Sequence record: SRR22947725_875
Length of the DNA: 50,425 bases
Reading direction: 5' to 3' (one strand)
Part shown: positions 28,295-37,370 of the stretch, piece by piece
Position numbering within the stretch: position 1 is the first letter of the stretch
Layout of the letters: each line of letters begins with the position of its first letter
Notes under the pieces: model-generated
Databases searched by the model: none
What the model saw: the letters and a program-made list of their open reading frames with translations, nothing else
What the model was told of the DNA's origin: nothing
Made by a program: the position numbers and the translations under genes

Positions 28295-29792
28295 AATAAT
28301 TAGATAATAACTCTTTAGGAGGGTCATTATCTTTAATTAATTTAATCATTTTCTCTCTATACTTATTAATTAATTGTTTATCTTCAATTGGCTTTAATTG
28401 TCCTGGATCTTCAACAATATTATAAAGAGCACTTTTAGTGTCTTCCAAGGTTAAAAATCCCTCATCTGTTTTTCTTTGAATTCTATTAACTTTCATAACA
28501 GGTATATTTTTTGTAAATGAAAAAGGTTCTGCTATTGTTATAGTTCTTAGTTCTTCATGAGAGAAAAACTGTCTCATGTGAGTTGGCATTAGAGTATATT
28601 GAAATTTTTTTAAACTAGTTTGATCAAAATTTTCTGGATAAAAAAAATAAGTATATTTTCCATCTGTCATATTAATACCACCTCCCCAATATCCGTAAAG
28701 AGCAGTATAATTCTCAGAATCTTTTTGCAAAAAATCTATAATAGATTTACCTTTTACCTCTTCTGGAATATTTAAATTATTTAGAGATAGAAAGGTTGGC
28801 ATTAAGTCAATATTTTGTGTGACTGTATTTCGGGTCTCACCTGCATATTCTTTGTAATCAGGATGATAAACAAAGAGTGGAATATGGGCTATCTCATTGT
28901 ACATAGGCATTCTATTTTTTGCCCACCAATCATGTTCACCAAGCATAAATCCATGATCAGTTGTTAGTATTAAGGTTGTATCATCCCATAAATTATTTTC
29001 ATCAAAGTAATCTAAAATAGTACCTAATAAATGATCACATAAAGCAACCAATGCTAAATAATTTGCTTTTAATTCTTCTACTTCATCATCTGTTTCTTTT
29101 ACTTTATCATATTGTGGCCAATCTAATCTTGGTCCTCGATAGTTTGTTTTAAATTTTTTTCTAAACCTTTCAGGCGCAAAAAAAGGCTCGTGAGGATCAA
29201 ATGTTTCTAATTGTAAAAACCATTCATCCGTATTTTTATTAGTTTGGAGAAAATTTAGGGCAGAATTAAAGCATTTAACAGAAGGAAAGTCTTTTTCTTC
29301 TTTTATAAATTCACTATTTACAGCATAACGATAGCGTCCAGACTCTCTATCGTGAGTATTTAATTGAGAGTTATGAAATTTTTCTTTAAATTTCTCTAAT
29401 GGTGGTTGAACCATTGCTTTCCATGGGTCGCTTTCTTGCCCTCTAATAAAATCCCAACTGTTAAAACGATTGTGATACGTCGCACCTCCATCTGCAAAAT
29501 AATGATAATGATCTGTTATTAAGTGAGAATATATTTTATTATTTCTCAGTATTTCTGGAAAAGAATTATCAAAAGGTTCTAAGGGCCCCCAACTTCTATG
29601 CAAAAAACTTAATCTACCTGAATGCATATCTCTTCTAGCTGGCATGCAAGGCATACTGCCAACATAATGATTATTAAACTGAATAGATTTTTTAGCTAAT
29701 CGATTAAAGTTTGTTGTTTTGAAATAATTTCCTCCATAGGAGTTTAGCATTCTCAAATTTAATGAATCAAATAATAAAAATACAGTTTTCAT
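28284..29792 (-). CDS. Sulfatase (Cys-type)
   Basis: FDSLN, CMPARRDMHSGR, DPHEPF, TDHGF..GEH, K.RMPMY; no signal peptide. Confidence 0.9.
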   Translation of the reverse strand: MKTVFLLFDSLNLRMLNSYGGNYFKTTNFNRLAKKSIQFNNHYVGSMPCMPARRDMHSGRLSFLHRSWGPLEPFDNSFPEILRNNKIYSHLITDHYHYFADGGATYHNRFNSWDFIRGQESDPWKAMVQPPLEKFKEKFHNSQLNTHDRESGRYRYAVNSEFIKEEKDFPSVKCFNSALNFLQTNKNTDEWFLQLETFDPHEPFFAPERFRKKFKTNYRGPRLDWPQYDKVKETDDEVEELKANYLALVALCDHLLGTILDYFDENNLWDDTTLILTTDHGFMLGEHDWWAKNRMPMYNEIAHIPLFVYHPDYKEYAGETRNTVTQNIDLMPTFLSLNNLNIPEEVKGKSIIDFLQKDSENYTALYGYWGGGINMTDGKYTYFFYPENFDQTSLKKFQYTLMPTHMRQFFSHEELRTITIAEPFSFTKNIPVMKVNRIQRKTDEGFLTLEDTKSALYNIVEDPGQLKPIEDKQLINKYREKMIKLIKDNDPPKELLSNYFNI

Positions 29793-29796
29793 AATA

Positions 29797-30627
29797 TTAT
29801 TTATTTGGAGTTAATATTTTTTCATGAGGCATGACAATTTTTCTTTGAAAACTTGTTAAGCTATCAAGTAATTTTGTTGAAGGCCTATATGGATGACGAA
29901 AAAAACCCCAAGAGGGACCATATCTGTAAACCACTATTCTCCTCTCACCTTCGTTAACTCTTTTTGCTGATCCATGACATATTGAGTCAACGAAAAGTAG
30001 AGCATCTCCCGCATCTAAGTAGACTTCTAAAGAGCCTGTCATATTTTCAGCTGATGATACTTCATTTTTTTTCATTTTATTTGATTTATATTGAGGATGT
30101 TGAATATTAGATTTATGAGATGAGGGAATTATAACAGTACCTCCGTCTCCAGGTCCTATATTATTTAGTGCAATTAGTATATTTACCTGAGAGCAGTTGA
30201 ATTTGCCATCTTGATATCTATAATTATTTCTTTTAATTCCTTCTGGATTACCGGAGTGAATTCCAATGGCTTCACCGGGACCTCTAATATTAGCAAAATT
30301 TTCATCAATAAAAAGTGGACCATGAAGATGATCGAACGTACCTTTTCCTCCAACAAACTCTAGCATATGATTTATCCAAGATGGATGATCAATTAATTTT
30401 GCAAAGGGCTTGCCTGCTTCATATATTTGTTGAAGGTTTAAACCTTCTTTTCCACCATAGTTGTGTCCATGAACATAACCACTCCACATACCATTTTTTA
30501 AATTTTTTAACTGATCTATAATTTTATTACACTCTTTTAGTTCCAATTTATTGAGAGCGTTTTTGATAATAATATAACCATTTAGGTCAAATAAGTATTT
30601 TTCTAGTTTAGTAGGTTTTTGTTTCAC
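29797..30627 (-). CDS. PhyH-family Fe(II)/2-oxoglutarate oxygenase
   Basis: YLFDLNGY, IHSG, GGTVIIPSSHK, AGDALLF...HGS, ERR. Confidence 0.85.
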   Translation of the reverse strand: MKQKPTKLEKYLFDLNGYIIIKNALNKLELKECNKIIDQLKNLKNGMWSGYVHGHNYGGKEGLNLQQIYEAGKPFAKLIDHPSWINHMLEFVGGKGTFDHLHGPLFIDENFANIRGPGEAIGIHSGNPEGIKRNNYRYQDGKFNCSQVNILIALNNIGPGDGGTVIIPSSHKSNIQHPQYKSNKMKKNEVSSAENMTGSLEVYLDAGDALLFVDSICHGSAKRVNEGERRIVVYRYGPSWGFFRHPYRPSTKLLDSLTSFQRKIVMPHEKILTPNK

Positions 30628-31808
30628 ATTACTCCTTTTATAATTCCTCTCAATTCTGATAAACCCATAAGTCTGCCAATAGCTGTATATCCTGGGTTAA
30701 CTGTTTTTTTCTTCTGATCATCAAGTAAGCAGTGTCCATGATCAGGTCTCATTGGTATTTCAATTTTTTTATATTTACTTCGTCTTTTCTCTTCTTTTAA
30801 TATCATTTTTATGAGTTTTACAAAATCTACATCACCACTTAGGTGATTAGATTCATAAAAACTTTTTTTGTCTTTTTCAATTTTTACATTCCTTAAGTGA
30901 ATAAAATGAATTTTGTCCTTAAATTTGTCAAATATCTTATAAACATCATTATTAATATTAGATCCAAGAGATCCAGAACAAAAAGTCATTCCATTCGATT
31001 TAGAACGAAAAGAGTTTAATATAAAATCGTAATCATCTAATGTAGAAACAATTCTTGGTACGCCAAATAATGGAATGGGGGGATCATCAGGATGTATCGC
31101 CATTTTCACATTATTTTCTTCAGCTACTGGTATAATCTCTCTAAGAAAATCAACAAGACTCTCTCTTAAATCATCGTGATCTATATTTTTATATGCATCT
31201 AACATTTGTTTGAAGCTATTTATCGAGTAATTTTTTTCAGAAGCTGGAAGACCTCCCATTATTGAAAATTTCATATTATTCACATCCTTAGGCTTCATTT
31301 TTTTATAGAGTATTTCTGAATTTTTAATTTGCTTAGAAGTATATCTACTTTCTAGATCTTTTAATTTTAAAATGAATCTTTCAAATATAATTACTTGCAA
31401 GTAGTTAAACCTTAGAGCCAATCCATCAGTTGGTAATTTGAAGTCCAACTGTGTTCTTGTCCAGTCAACAATTGGCATAAAATTATAGCAAATAGTTTTA
31501 ATATTGTTCTTTGCTATGTTGGCAATAGTATCCTTGTAGTTATTGATAAGTTTTTTATAATTCTTGTGTCTTAATTTAATATTATTATGAATAGGAATAC
31601 TCTCAACTACATTCCATTTTAAATTTATATTATTAGAAGTGTTATGTTTTTTTATAAAATCTATTCTTTTTTTAACATCATTTTTTGTCCATTTTTCTCC
31701 ATAGGGTATTTGATGTAATGAAGTAACAAGATATTCAGCATTAGTTTGTCTTATATCTGATAAACTTACATGGTCATTTGGTCCATACCACCTAAAAGAA
31801 TTTTGCAT
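30624..31808 (-). CDS. uxuA: Mannonate dehydratase
   Basis: FRWYGPND, WNVVES, CYNFMPIVDWTRT, AIHPDDPP, TFCSGSLG, FIHLRNV, MRPDHG, PGYTAIGRL. Confidence 0.95.
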   Translation of the reverse strand: MQNSFRWYGPNDHVSLSDIRQTNAEYLVTSLHQIPYGEKWTKNDVKKRIDFIKKHNTSNNINLKWNVVESIPIHNNIKLRHKNYKKLINNYKDTIANIAKNNIKTICYNFMPIVDWTRTQLDFKLPTDGLALRFNYLQVIIFERFILKLKDLESRYTSKQIKNSEILYKKMKPKDVNNMKFSIMGGLPASEKNYSINSFKQMLDAYKNIDHDDLRESLVDFLREIIPVAEENNVKMAIHPDDPPIPLFGVPRIVSTLDDYDFILNSFRSKSNGMTFCSGSLGSNINNDVYKIFDKFKDKIHFIHLRNVKIEKDKKSFYESNHLSGDVDFVKLIKMILKEEKRRSKYKKIEIPMRPDHGHCLLDDQKKKTVNPGYTAIGRLMGLSELRGIIKGVM

Positions 31809-31892
31809 GTATTTTTTTATCGCCTTTATGGATTAATTAATAGTTTTTTTTAATATATTTACATAAACTCAATATGAACATAAGAATGTCAT

Positions 31893-32900
31893 ATGAAAAA
31901 AAGACAATTAGGAAGTACAGATATAAATTTATCTGCAATAGGATTTGGCGCTGCCCCAATTGGAGATTTATTTGAGCAATTAGATGAACAAATTTGTTAT
32001 GAAGTTTTAGAGAATTCTTATAAGTCAGAAATTAATATTTATGATACTTCCCCATTTTATGGAAATGGTCTTAGTGAACATCGAGTAGGAAATTTTCTTA
32101 AAAATATTGATGAAAATAGTTATTATTTATCAACAAAAGTTGGTAGGTATTTAACTCCTGAAAAAAAAGAAAAAATTGATAGAGGGGCATGGGCTGGTGG
32201 TCTTAATTTTAAACTTAATCTTGATTACTCTTATGATGGCGTAATGCGTTCATTTGAACAATCATTTCTGAGATTAGCTGTATCTAAAATTGATATATGC
32301 CTAATCCATGATGTTGATAGGTTTACTCATGGAAATGAAGTAGATCATTATTTCAAAGATGCTATGGCTGGTGCTTACAAGGCTCTAATAAAATTAAGAG
32401 AGGAAAAAGTTATTAAAGCAATTGGGGTTGGGGTTAATGAATCCGATATGTGTGCAAGGTTTGCAATTGAAGGTGATTTTGATTGTATGGTACTTGCAGG
32501 AAAATATTCTCTTTTAGACCATAAAAGTGCCTTAGATGATTTTTTTCCAATTGCAGAAAAAAATAATATTGGCATTATTTTAGCAGGTGTCTTTAACTCA
32601 GGTATACTTGCAAAGGGTATTGGTAAAAATGTAACTTATGATTATGGTCAAATTCCTGAAAACATTAAGAGAAAGTATAATAAAATTTTAAAAATATGTA
32701 ATAAATATAACGTTCCCATTCCAGCTGTAGCATTACAATTTAGTTATGCAAATACATTAATATCATCCATGATTTTAGGGATGGATATGAGTGAGCAAGT
32801 TAATGAAAATATTCTAAATTTTGAATATCAAATACCCTCAGATTTATGGAAAGATTTAATTACAGAAAATATAATTGATGAAAGATGTCCAACTAATTAA
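31893..32900 (+). CDS. Aldo/keto reductase, D-threo-aldose (L-fucose) dehydrogenase-like
   Basis: GFGAAPIG, DTSPFYG.GLSEHR.G, STKVGR, DYSYDGVMRS, IHD, GVFNSG. Confidence 0.85.
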   Translation: MKKRQLGSTDINLSAIGFGAAPIGDLFEQLDEQICYEVLENSYKSEINIYDTSPFYGNGLSEHRVGNFLKNIDENSYYLSTKVGRYLTPEKKEKIDRGAWAGGLNFKLNLDYSYDGVMRSFEQSFLRLAVSKIDICLIHDVDRFTHGNEVDHYFKDAMAGAYKALIKLREEKVIKAIGVGVNESDMCARFAIEGDFDCMVLAGKYSLLDHKSALDDFFPIAEKNNIGIILAGVFNSGILAKGIGKNVTYDYGQIPENIKRKYNKILKICNKYNVPIPAVALQFSYANTLISSMILGMDMSEQVNENILNFEYQIPSDLWKDLITENIIDERCPTN

Positions 32901-32916
32901 TTATACTTAAATAAAA

Positions 32917-33126
32917 TTATTTTCTATCTCTCTCTTCTATATAAAAATATAATTCTTTAATTTTTTTTGAAGCACTTGTTGTAAAAAAAGCTGGTATTAT
33001 TGAATGCAATAAAGCTTGTAATGAAGCTATCAGTAATTGTATGGATATTTTAAAGGCAGCACCCATATGTTGTAAGTAATTTTCTTCTGCATCTTTTAGA
33101 TGTTTTTTAGAATCTTTAATCATCAA
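32917..33126 (-). CDS. Small protein, DUF6356-like
   Basis: H...E.Y.QH...A..H...PAFFTTSAS pattern; ATGA overlap with upstream agmatinase. Confidence 0.65.
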   Translation of the reverse strand: MMIKDSKKHLKDAEENYLQHMGAAFKISIQLLIASLQALLHSIIPAFFTTSASKKIKELYFYIEERDRK

Positions 33127-34061
33127 TTTATTTTAGTCATAGTACATAAAATTTCAAACGCAATTGTAGCTCCAACAAGTGAGGTCATGTTATTAAAATC
33201 AAACGGAGGTGAAACCTCCACTACATCGGCACCTATAAAATTTAAAGTATTTAACTGTCTAATTATTAACTGTGCTTCACGAACAGTAATCCCACCTACT
33301 TCTGGAGTCCCTGTACCTGGAGCAAAAGTTGGGTCAATACCATCTATATCAAAGGTAAAGTAAGTAGGTGTATCCTCTAAGACATCTTTGATTATTTTAA
33401 TAGTCTCTTTCATCCCAATTTCATAAAATTTATCAGTAGATATAATTGTGATCCCTTGATCAATAGCCCATTTAAGATCATCAGGGTCATAAAGGCCACC
33501 ACGTAAACCTAAAATAACATATTTTTTTGGATCAATAAGATTCTCCTCAATGGCTCTTCTAAAAGGAGTACCGTGCGTGTATCTGAAACCTCCAAAATAA
33601 GTATCCCAAGTATCAGAATGGGAATCAAACTGGAACATTCCTAATGGTTTATCTTTTGCTAATGCTCTAAGTATTGGAAGAGAAACTAAATGATCACCAC
33701 CAATTGAAAGAGGAATTGTTTTTGATTCAACTATATTATTGTAAAAGTTAGTGACTTTATTAAGTGAGTCTTGAAGATCAACTGGATTTATTGGGCAATC
33801 ACCAATGTCTGCTATTTGAAATTTATCATAAGGGCTTTTTAGAGAGGATGGATGGTACGTTCTTACAAGTGAAGAGGCGTTGCGAATTTCCCTTGGACCA
33901 TGTCTTGCCCCCGGTCTATTAGTAGTTCCACCATCCCAAGGAATACCACAAACACAATAATCTAATTTGTTGAGATCTTTTATGATTGGTAATCGAAAAA
34001 AAGTTGCAATATCTGCAAAGCGAGGTGTGGTTTGACTAGGTAAAGGTTTTATTTTAGTCAT
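33123..34061 (-). CDS. speB: Agmatinase-type ureohydrolase
   Basis: GIPWDGGTTNRPGARHGP, GGDH, DSHSD, HGTPF, DIDGIDP.FAPGTGTPE, DVVEVSP. Confidence 0.85.
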   Translation of the reverse strand: MTKIKPLPSQTTPRFADIATFFRLPIIKDLNKLDYCVCGIPWDGGTTNRPGARHGPREIRNASSLVRTYHPSSLKSPYDKFQIADIGDCPINPVDLQDSLNKVTNFYNNIVESKTIPLSIGGDHLVSLPILRALAKDKPLGMFQFDSHSDTWDTYFGGFRYTHGTPFRRAIEENLIDPKKYVILGLRGGLYDPDDLKWAIDQGITIISTDKFYEIGMKETIKIIKDVLEDTPTYFTFDIDGIDPTFAPGTGTPEVGGITVREAQLIIRQLNTLNFIGADVVEVSPPFDFNNMTSLVGATIAFEILCTMTKIN

Positions 34062-34105
34062 AATTAGTTGTTATGATATAAAGATTAAATTATTACAATA
34101 AAATA

Positions 34106-34651
34106 ATGAGTGATAATTCAAATACATCTATTCCAGAAAATATAAGTGATATGGACAAGCTAAAAAATATATATTTTCCCAATATTTCTCTACCTAATCA
34201 GGATGGTAATTTGCTCAATCTTCATCGTTTAGATACTTTTAGGATGGTTTTATATTTTTACTCAATGACAGGCAGGCCTGACAGACCCCTTCCTGATAAT
34301 TGGAATAATATTCCAGGTGCTAAAGGATGTACAATTCAAACTTGTTTATTTAGGGATAACTATGATGAGATTATAAGTTTAAATGCAGTTCCCATTGGTA
34401 TTTCTTCTCAAAGCGTTGATGATAATAAAGAAATGACTAGCCGGTTAAAGATACCTTATGATATTTTGAGTGATGCAAAATTAGAATTAAGCAATGAATT
34501 AAACATTCCAACGTTTTCGGTGGGTTCAAAAATTTTTTTTAAGCGCATAACATTAATTATTGAGAAAAAAATTATTAAAAAAGTTTTTTACCCTATAAAT
34601 GATATAAATAAGCATATTAAGGAGGTTTTGAAATGGTTAAAAGAAAACTAA
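34106..34651 (+). CDS. Peroxiredoxin (BCP/PrxQ-like)
   Basis: IPGAKGCTIQTC, GISSQ, LSD, KRITL, KVFYP. Confidence 0.85.
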   Translation: MSDNSNTSIPENISDMDKLKNIYFPNISLPNQDGNLLNLHRLDTFRMVLYFYSMTGRPDRPLPDNWNNIPGAKGCTIQTCLFRDNYDEIISLNAVPIGISSQSVDDNKEMTSRLKIPYDILSDAKLELSNELNIPTFSVGSKIFFKRITLIIEKKIIKKVFYPINDINKHIKEVLKWLKEN

Positions 34652-34965
34652 AATATTTAATTACAATACTTTTTTTTATTTCTTCTTTAGCATACGCTAA
34701 TCCAAATACTGACCAGTGGATGGAGTCAGATAAGAGTTATAAAGATTTAATCAATGAAGGATTTGAAGTTAAAAGCTACTCCATGAATACAATTGAAACT
34801 GCCAATGGATTATATATTCTTTTATTTGTTACAGTTTTACAAAAAGAAAAAGAATTATATGAATGTCAAGAATACCAAACTATTGATAAAACAATAGAGA
34901 CTATTGATATGACATTAGTTTGCAAAGAATTAGTTCAGCCTTATGAAAGAGGTTTGGGTACTTAA
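34633..34965 (+). CDS. Hypothetical exported protein
   Basis: Signal peptide ending AYA; two Cys. Confidence 0.6.
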   Translation: MVKRKLKYLITILFFISSLAYANPNTDQWMESDKSYKDLINEGFEVKSYSMNTIETANGLYILLFVTVLQKEKELYECQEYQTIDKTIETIDMTLVCKELVQPYERGLGT

Positions 34966-35543
34966 CTTTTATAGTATTCTAAAAAAAACCATTGAAGTGC
35001 AATTAAAGTTAGTCCATTCATTATTTTTTTTTCTTTCAGCATTTGTTTTACTTCATCAATTTTGAAAGACTTAACAAGTATATCTTCATTTTCTTTTTCA
35101 AGTCCTCTAATTCTCTCTCCATCAAATGTCTGAATTTCTCCTAAATATAAATGATAATATGACTCAGATGACCCAGGAGCAGGAAAATAAGATTGAATAG
35201 GGTGTATTTTTTTTACTTCACACCCTGTTTCTTCAAAACATTCCCTTATAGCTGTTTGCTCTGGATTTTCATCTTCATCAATAATACCTGCTGCTATTTC
35301 AAATAAGTAATCCTCGTCAAATCTTGATAAAACTGCTGCTCTAAATTGCTGTATTAGAATTATTTCTTTTTTAATTGGATCGTAAGGTAACAAAGCAGAA
35401 ACATGAGCACCACTAAATACTTCTCTTTCCACAGTACTCGTCCATTCACCATCATGTTTTTTATGAATAAATTCATATTTATTAAGAGTAAAAAAACCAG
35501 AATAAAGTTTTTTTTTATTAATAATTTTATATTTTAGTTTCAT
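34962..35543 (-). CDS. nudF: NUDIX hydrolase, ADP-ribose pyrophosphatase-like
   Basis: YSGFF, LPYDP, QFR, Nudix box AG..D..E....A.RE..EETG, PGSSE, ENEDI. Confidence 0.85.
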   Translation of the reverse strand: MKLKYKIINKKKLYSGFFTLNKYEFIHKKHDGEWTSTVEREVFSGAHVSALLPYDPIKKEIILIQQFRAAVLSRFDEDYLFEIAAGIIDEDENPEQTAIRECFEETGCEVKKIHPIQSYFPAPGSSESYYHLYLGEIQTFDGERIRGLEKENEDILVKSFKIDEVKQMLKEKKIMNGLTLIALQWFFLEYYKS

Positions 35544-35581
35544 TAGTTTGATTAAATAAATTTAGTGTATATATTTAAATT

Positions 35582-36043
35582 ATGAATCAAAAAGCTTTAT
35601 TTGGTGCTGGCTGTTTCTGGAGTGTTGAAGAGCATTTTAGAACAATTAATGGCGTTACAAAAACAGAAGTTGGATACTCCGGTGGTCATACTAAAAATCC
35701 TAGCTATGAAAGTGTTTGTTATGAAAATACAGATCATGCAGAAGTCTTGCTGGTAGAATTTGATGAAGACTTAATCTCTTATGAACTTTTAGTTGATGAA
35801 TTTTGGAAATGTCATGATCCTACTACTTTGGATATGCAAGGCCCTGATGTAGGTCGTCAATACCGATCTGTTATTTATTATTATAATGATATACAAAAAA
35901 ATATCGCGAATAATTCTAAAGAAAAACATCAAGAAAGTTTTCAAAACAATATTGTTACTGAAATCTCTCCTGCAGATGTCTTTTATAAAGCTGAAGAATA
36001 CCATCAAAAATATATCCTAAAAGGTAATAGCTGCGCAATTTAG
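35582..36043 (+). CDS. msrA: Peptide methionine sulfoxide reductase A
   Basis: GAGCFW, GYSGG, HAE, HDPT...QG.DVG.QYRS, FY.AEEYHQ.Y. Confidence 0.95.
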   Translation: MNQKALFGAGCFWSVEEHFRTINGVTKTEVGYSGGHTKNPSYESVCYENTDHAEVLLVEFDEDLISYELLVDEFWKCHDPTTLDMQGPDVGRQYRSVIYYYNDIQKNIANNSKEKHQESFQNNIVTEISPADVFYKAEEYHQKYILKGNSCAI

Positions 36044-36672
36044 TTTCAATTGATGTTTTCTCTGATACTATTTGTCCTTGGTGTTACATTGGTTTTAATC
36101 AATTAAATCAAGCATTAGAAAATTTTAATAATTATGATTTTGATATTGTGTGGAGACCTTTTCAATTAAATCCTGAGATGCCATCAGATGGCATGGATAG
36201 ACAGCAATACTTAAAATTTAAATTTGGAAGTGAAGATAATGCTCGGTCTGTTTATCAACGTATTGAAGATGAGGGAAAAAAAAATAAAATATATTTTCAA
36301 TTTAATAAAATTGCAAAGACACCCAATTCTTTTTTTTCTCATAAGCTTTTAGCATATGCTCATAATAAAAAAAAACAAACTGAAGTTTTGAAATTATTGT
36401 TTTATAAATATTTTATTGAAGGTGAAGATATTGGTAGTTTAAATGTATTGATTCAGGTATCGAAAGATGCAGATATTTATGATGAACATATTGAAAAATA
36501 TATTATTTCGAAAGAAGATAATGACAGTTTATTAAATGAAGAAAAACAAGCTAAAAATATTGGCATAAATAGTGTCCCATGTTTTATCTTTAATAAAGAG
36601 ATAGTAGTTAGTGGAGCTCAGCCAACGAAAAATTTTAATCAAATAATCGATTCATTAAATAATAATGTCTAA
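36031..36672 (+). CDS. DsbA-family oxidoreductase (FrnE type), probable CTG start
   Basis: Frame open from CTG 36031: LRNLVSIDVFSDTICPWCYIG...WRPFQLNP...GINSVPCF..SGAQ; AAGGT just upstream. Confidence 0.85.
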   Translation: MRNLVSIDVFSDTICPWCYIGFNQLNQALENFNNYDFDIVWRPFQLNPEMPSDGMDRQQYLKFKFGSEDNARSVYQRIEDEGKKNKIYFQFNKIAKTPNSFFSHKLLAYAHNKKKQTEVLKLLFYKYFIEGEDIGSLNVLIQVSKDADIYDEHIEKYIISKEDNDSLLNEEKQAKNIGINSVPCFIFNKEIVVSGAQPTKNFNQIIDSLNNNV

Positions 36673-36865
36673 CGATTTTTATATAGCTTTTTTAACAGGT
36701 TGGTTTGTGTTAGTAATTTTTTGGTCTACTATTATGATCTTTGTATATATACGTAAGCCACCAAATGCTAAGTTAACAAAAAAAGTTTTTTTAGTTTCTT
36801 ATGGGTTTTTTTTAATGATGTTAATACTAATTCTTTTGTTTAACTATGCCGATTCGTTTTTTTAA
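36665..36865 (+). CDS. Small 2-TM membrane protein
   Basis: Two hydrophobic helices; 8-nt overlap with upstream gene. Confidence 0.55.
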   Translation: MSNDFYIAFLTGWFVLVIFWSTIMIFVYIRKPPNAKLTKKVFLVSYGFFLMMLILILLFNYADSFF

Positions 36866-36884
36866 TTTTTGAAATTTTGTAAAT

Positions 36885-36932
36885 CAACTATATATAGTAG
36901 TTAATTTCGATTAAAATACTAACATATTGGGA
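36885..36932. promoter_or_regulatory. Putative tandem NrdR boxes
   Basis: caaCTATATATAGtag (36885-36900) and tacTAACATATTGgga (36917-36932), 32 bp apart; consensus acaCwAtATaTwGtgt. Confidence 0.5.
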
Positions 36933-37041
36933 TATATACATTTTTTTATAATTATCCTTGAATACTAGTTTTTTCGTACATATAAACTACCTCATAATTT
37001 AAGAATTTTTCAACTTTTTTGTATCGTGAAGGAATAAAAAA

Positions 37042-37266
37042 ATGTCTATAATTAAGAACTATTTGAAACAAAATAAAGTGACTCATACCTTTAGTGATTG
37101 CCAATGGCCAATTGGTGATCCCCAAGAGAAAGATTTCCATTTTTGTGAAGCAGAAACTCTTACGGGTAAGCCTTATTGTAAAGAACATTGTGATGTTGCT
37201 TATATTGATGAGAGAGAGCTTAAAAAAGAAAAAGAAGCCCAAAAAAATCGCAAAATTGCTGCTTAG
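37042..37266 (+). CDS. Short GcrA-family protein (C-terminal domain only)
   Basis: CQWPIGDP....FHFC......GKPYC..HC..AY; SD GAAGGA upstream. Confidence 0.85.
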   Translation: MSIIKNYLKQNKVTHTFSDCQWPIGDPQEKDFHFCEAETLTGKPYCKEHCDVAYIDERELKKEKEAQKNRKIAA

Positions 37267-37291
37267 TATTTTTACTAAAAAATTTTAATAA

Positions 37292-37317
37292 AAAGGCTAC
37301 AATTTATTGTAGCCTTT
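37292..37317 (+). terminator. Intrinsic terminator after GcrA-like gene
   Basis: AAAGGCTACAA-ttta-TTGTAGCCTTT 11-bp perfect stem. Confidence 0.75.
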
Positions 37318-37326
37318 CTCATTTTA

Positions 37327-37354
37327 TTGACAATTTTTTTCATTTTCTTAAAAT
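37327..37354 (+). promoter_or_regulatory. Putative sigma70 promoter for cfa
   Basis: TTGACA-16 bp-TAAAAT, 16 nt before the ATG at 37371. Confidence 0.55.
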
Positions 37355-37370
37355 ACTTGAGAAAATAAAT

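Noticed and set aside
36148-36672. FrnE gene as a truncated pseudogene
   Set aside because: The frame is open and conserved upstream to 36031 and includes the CPWC motif
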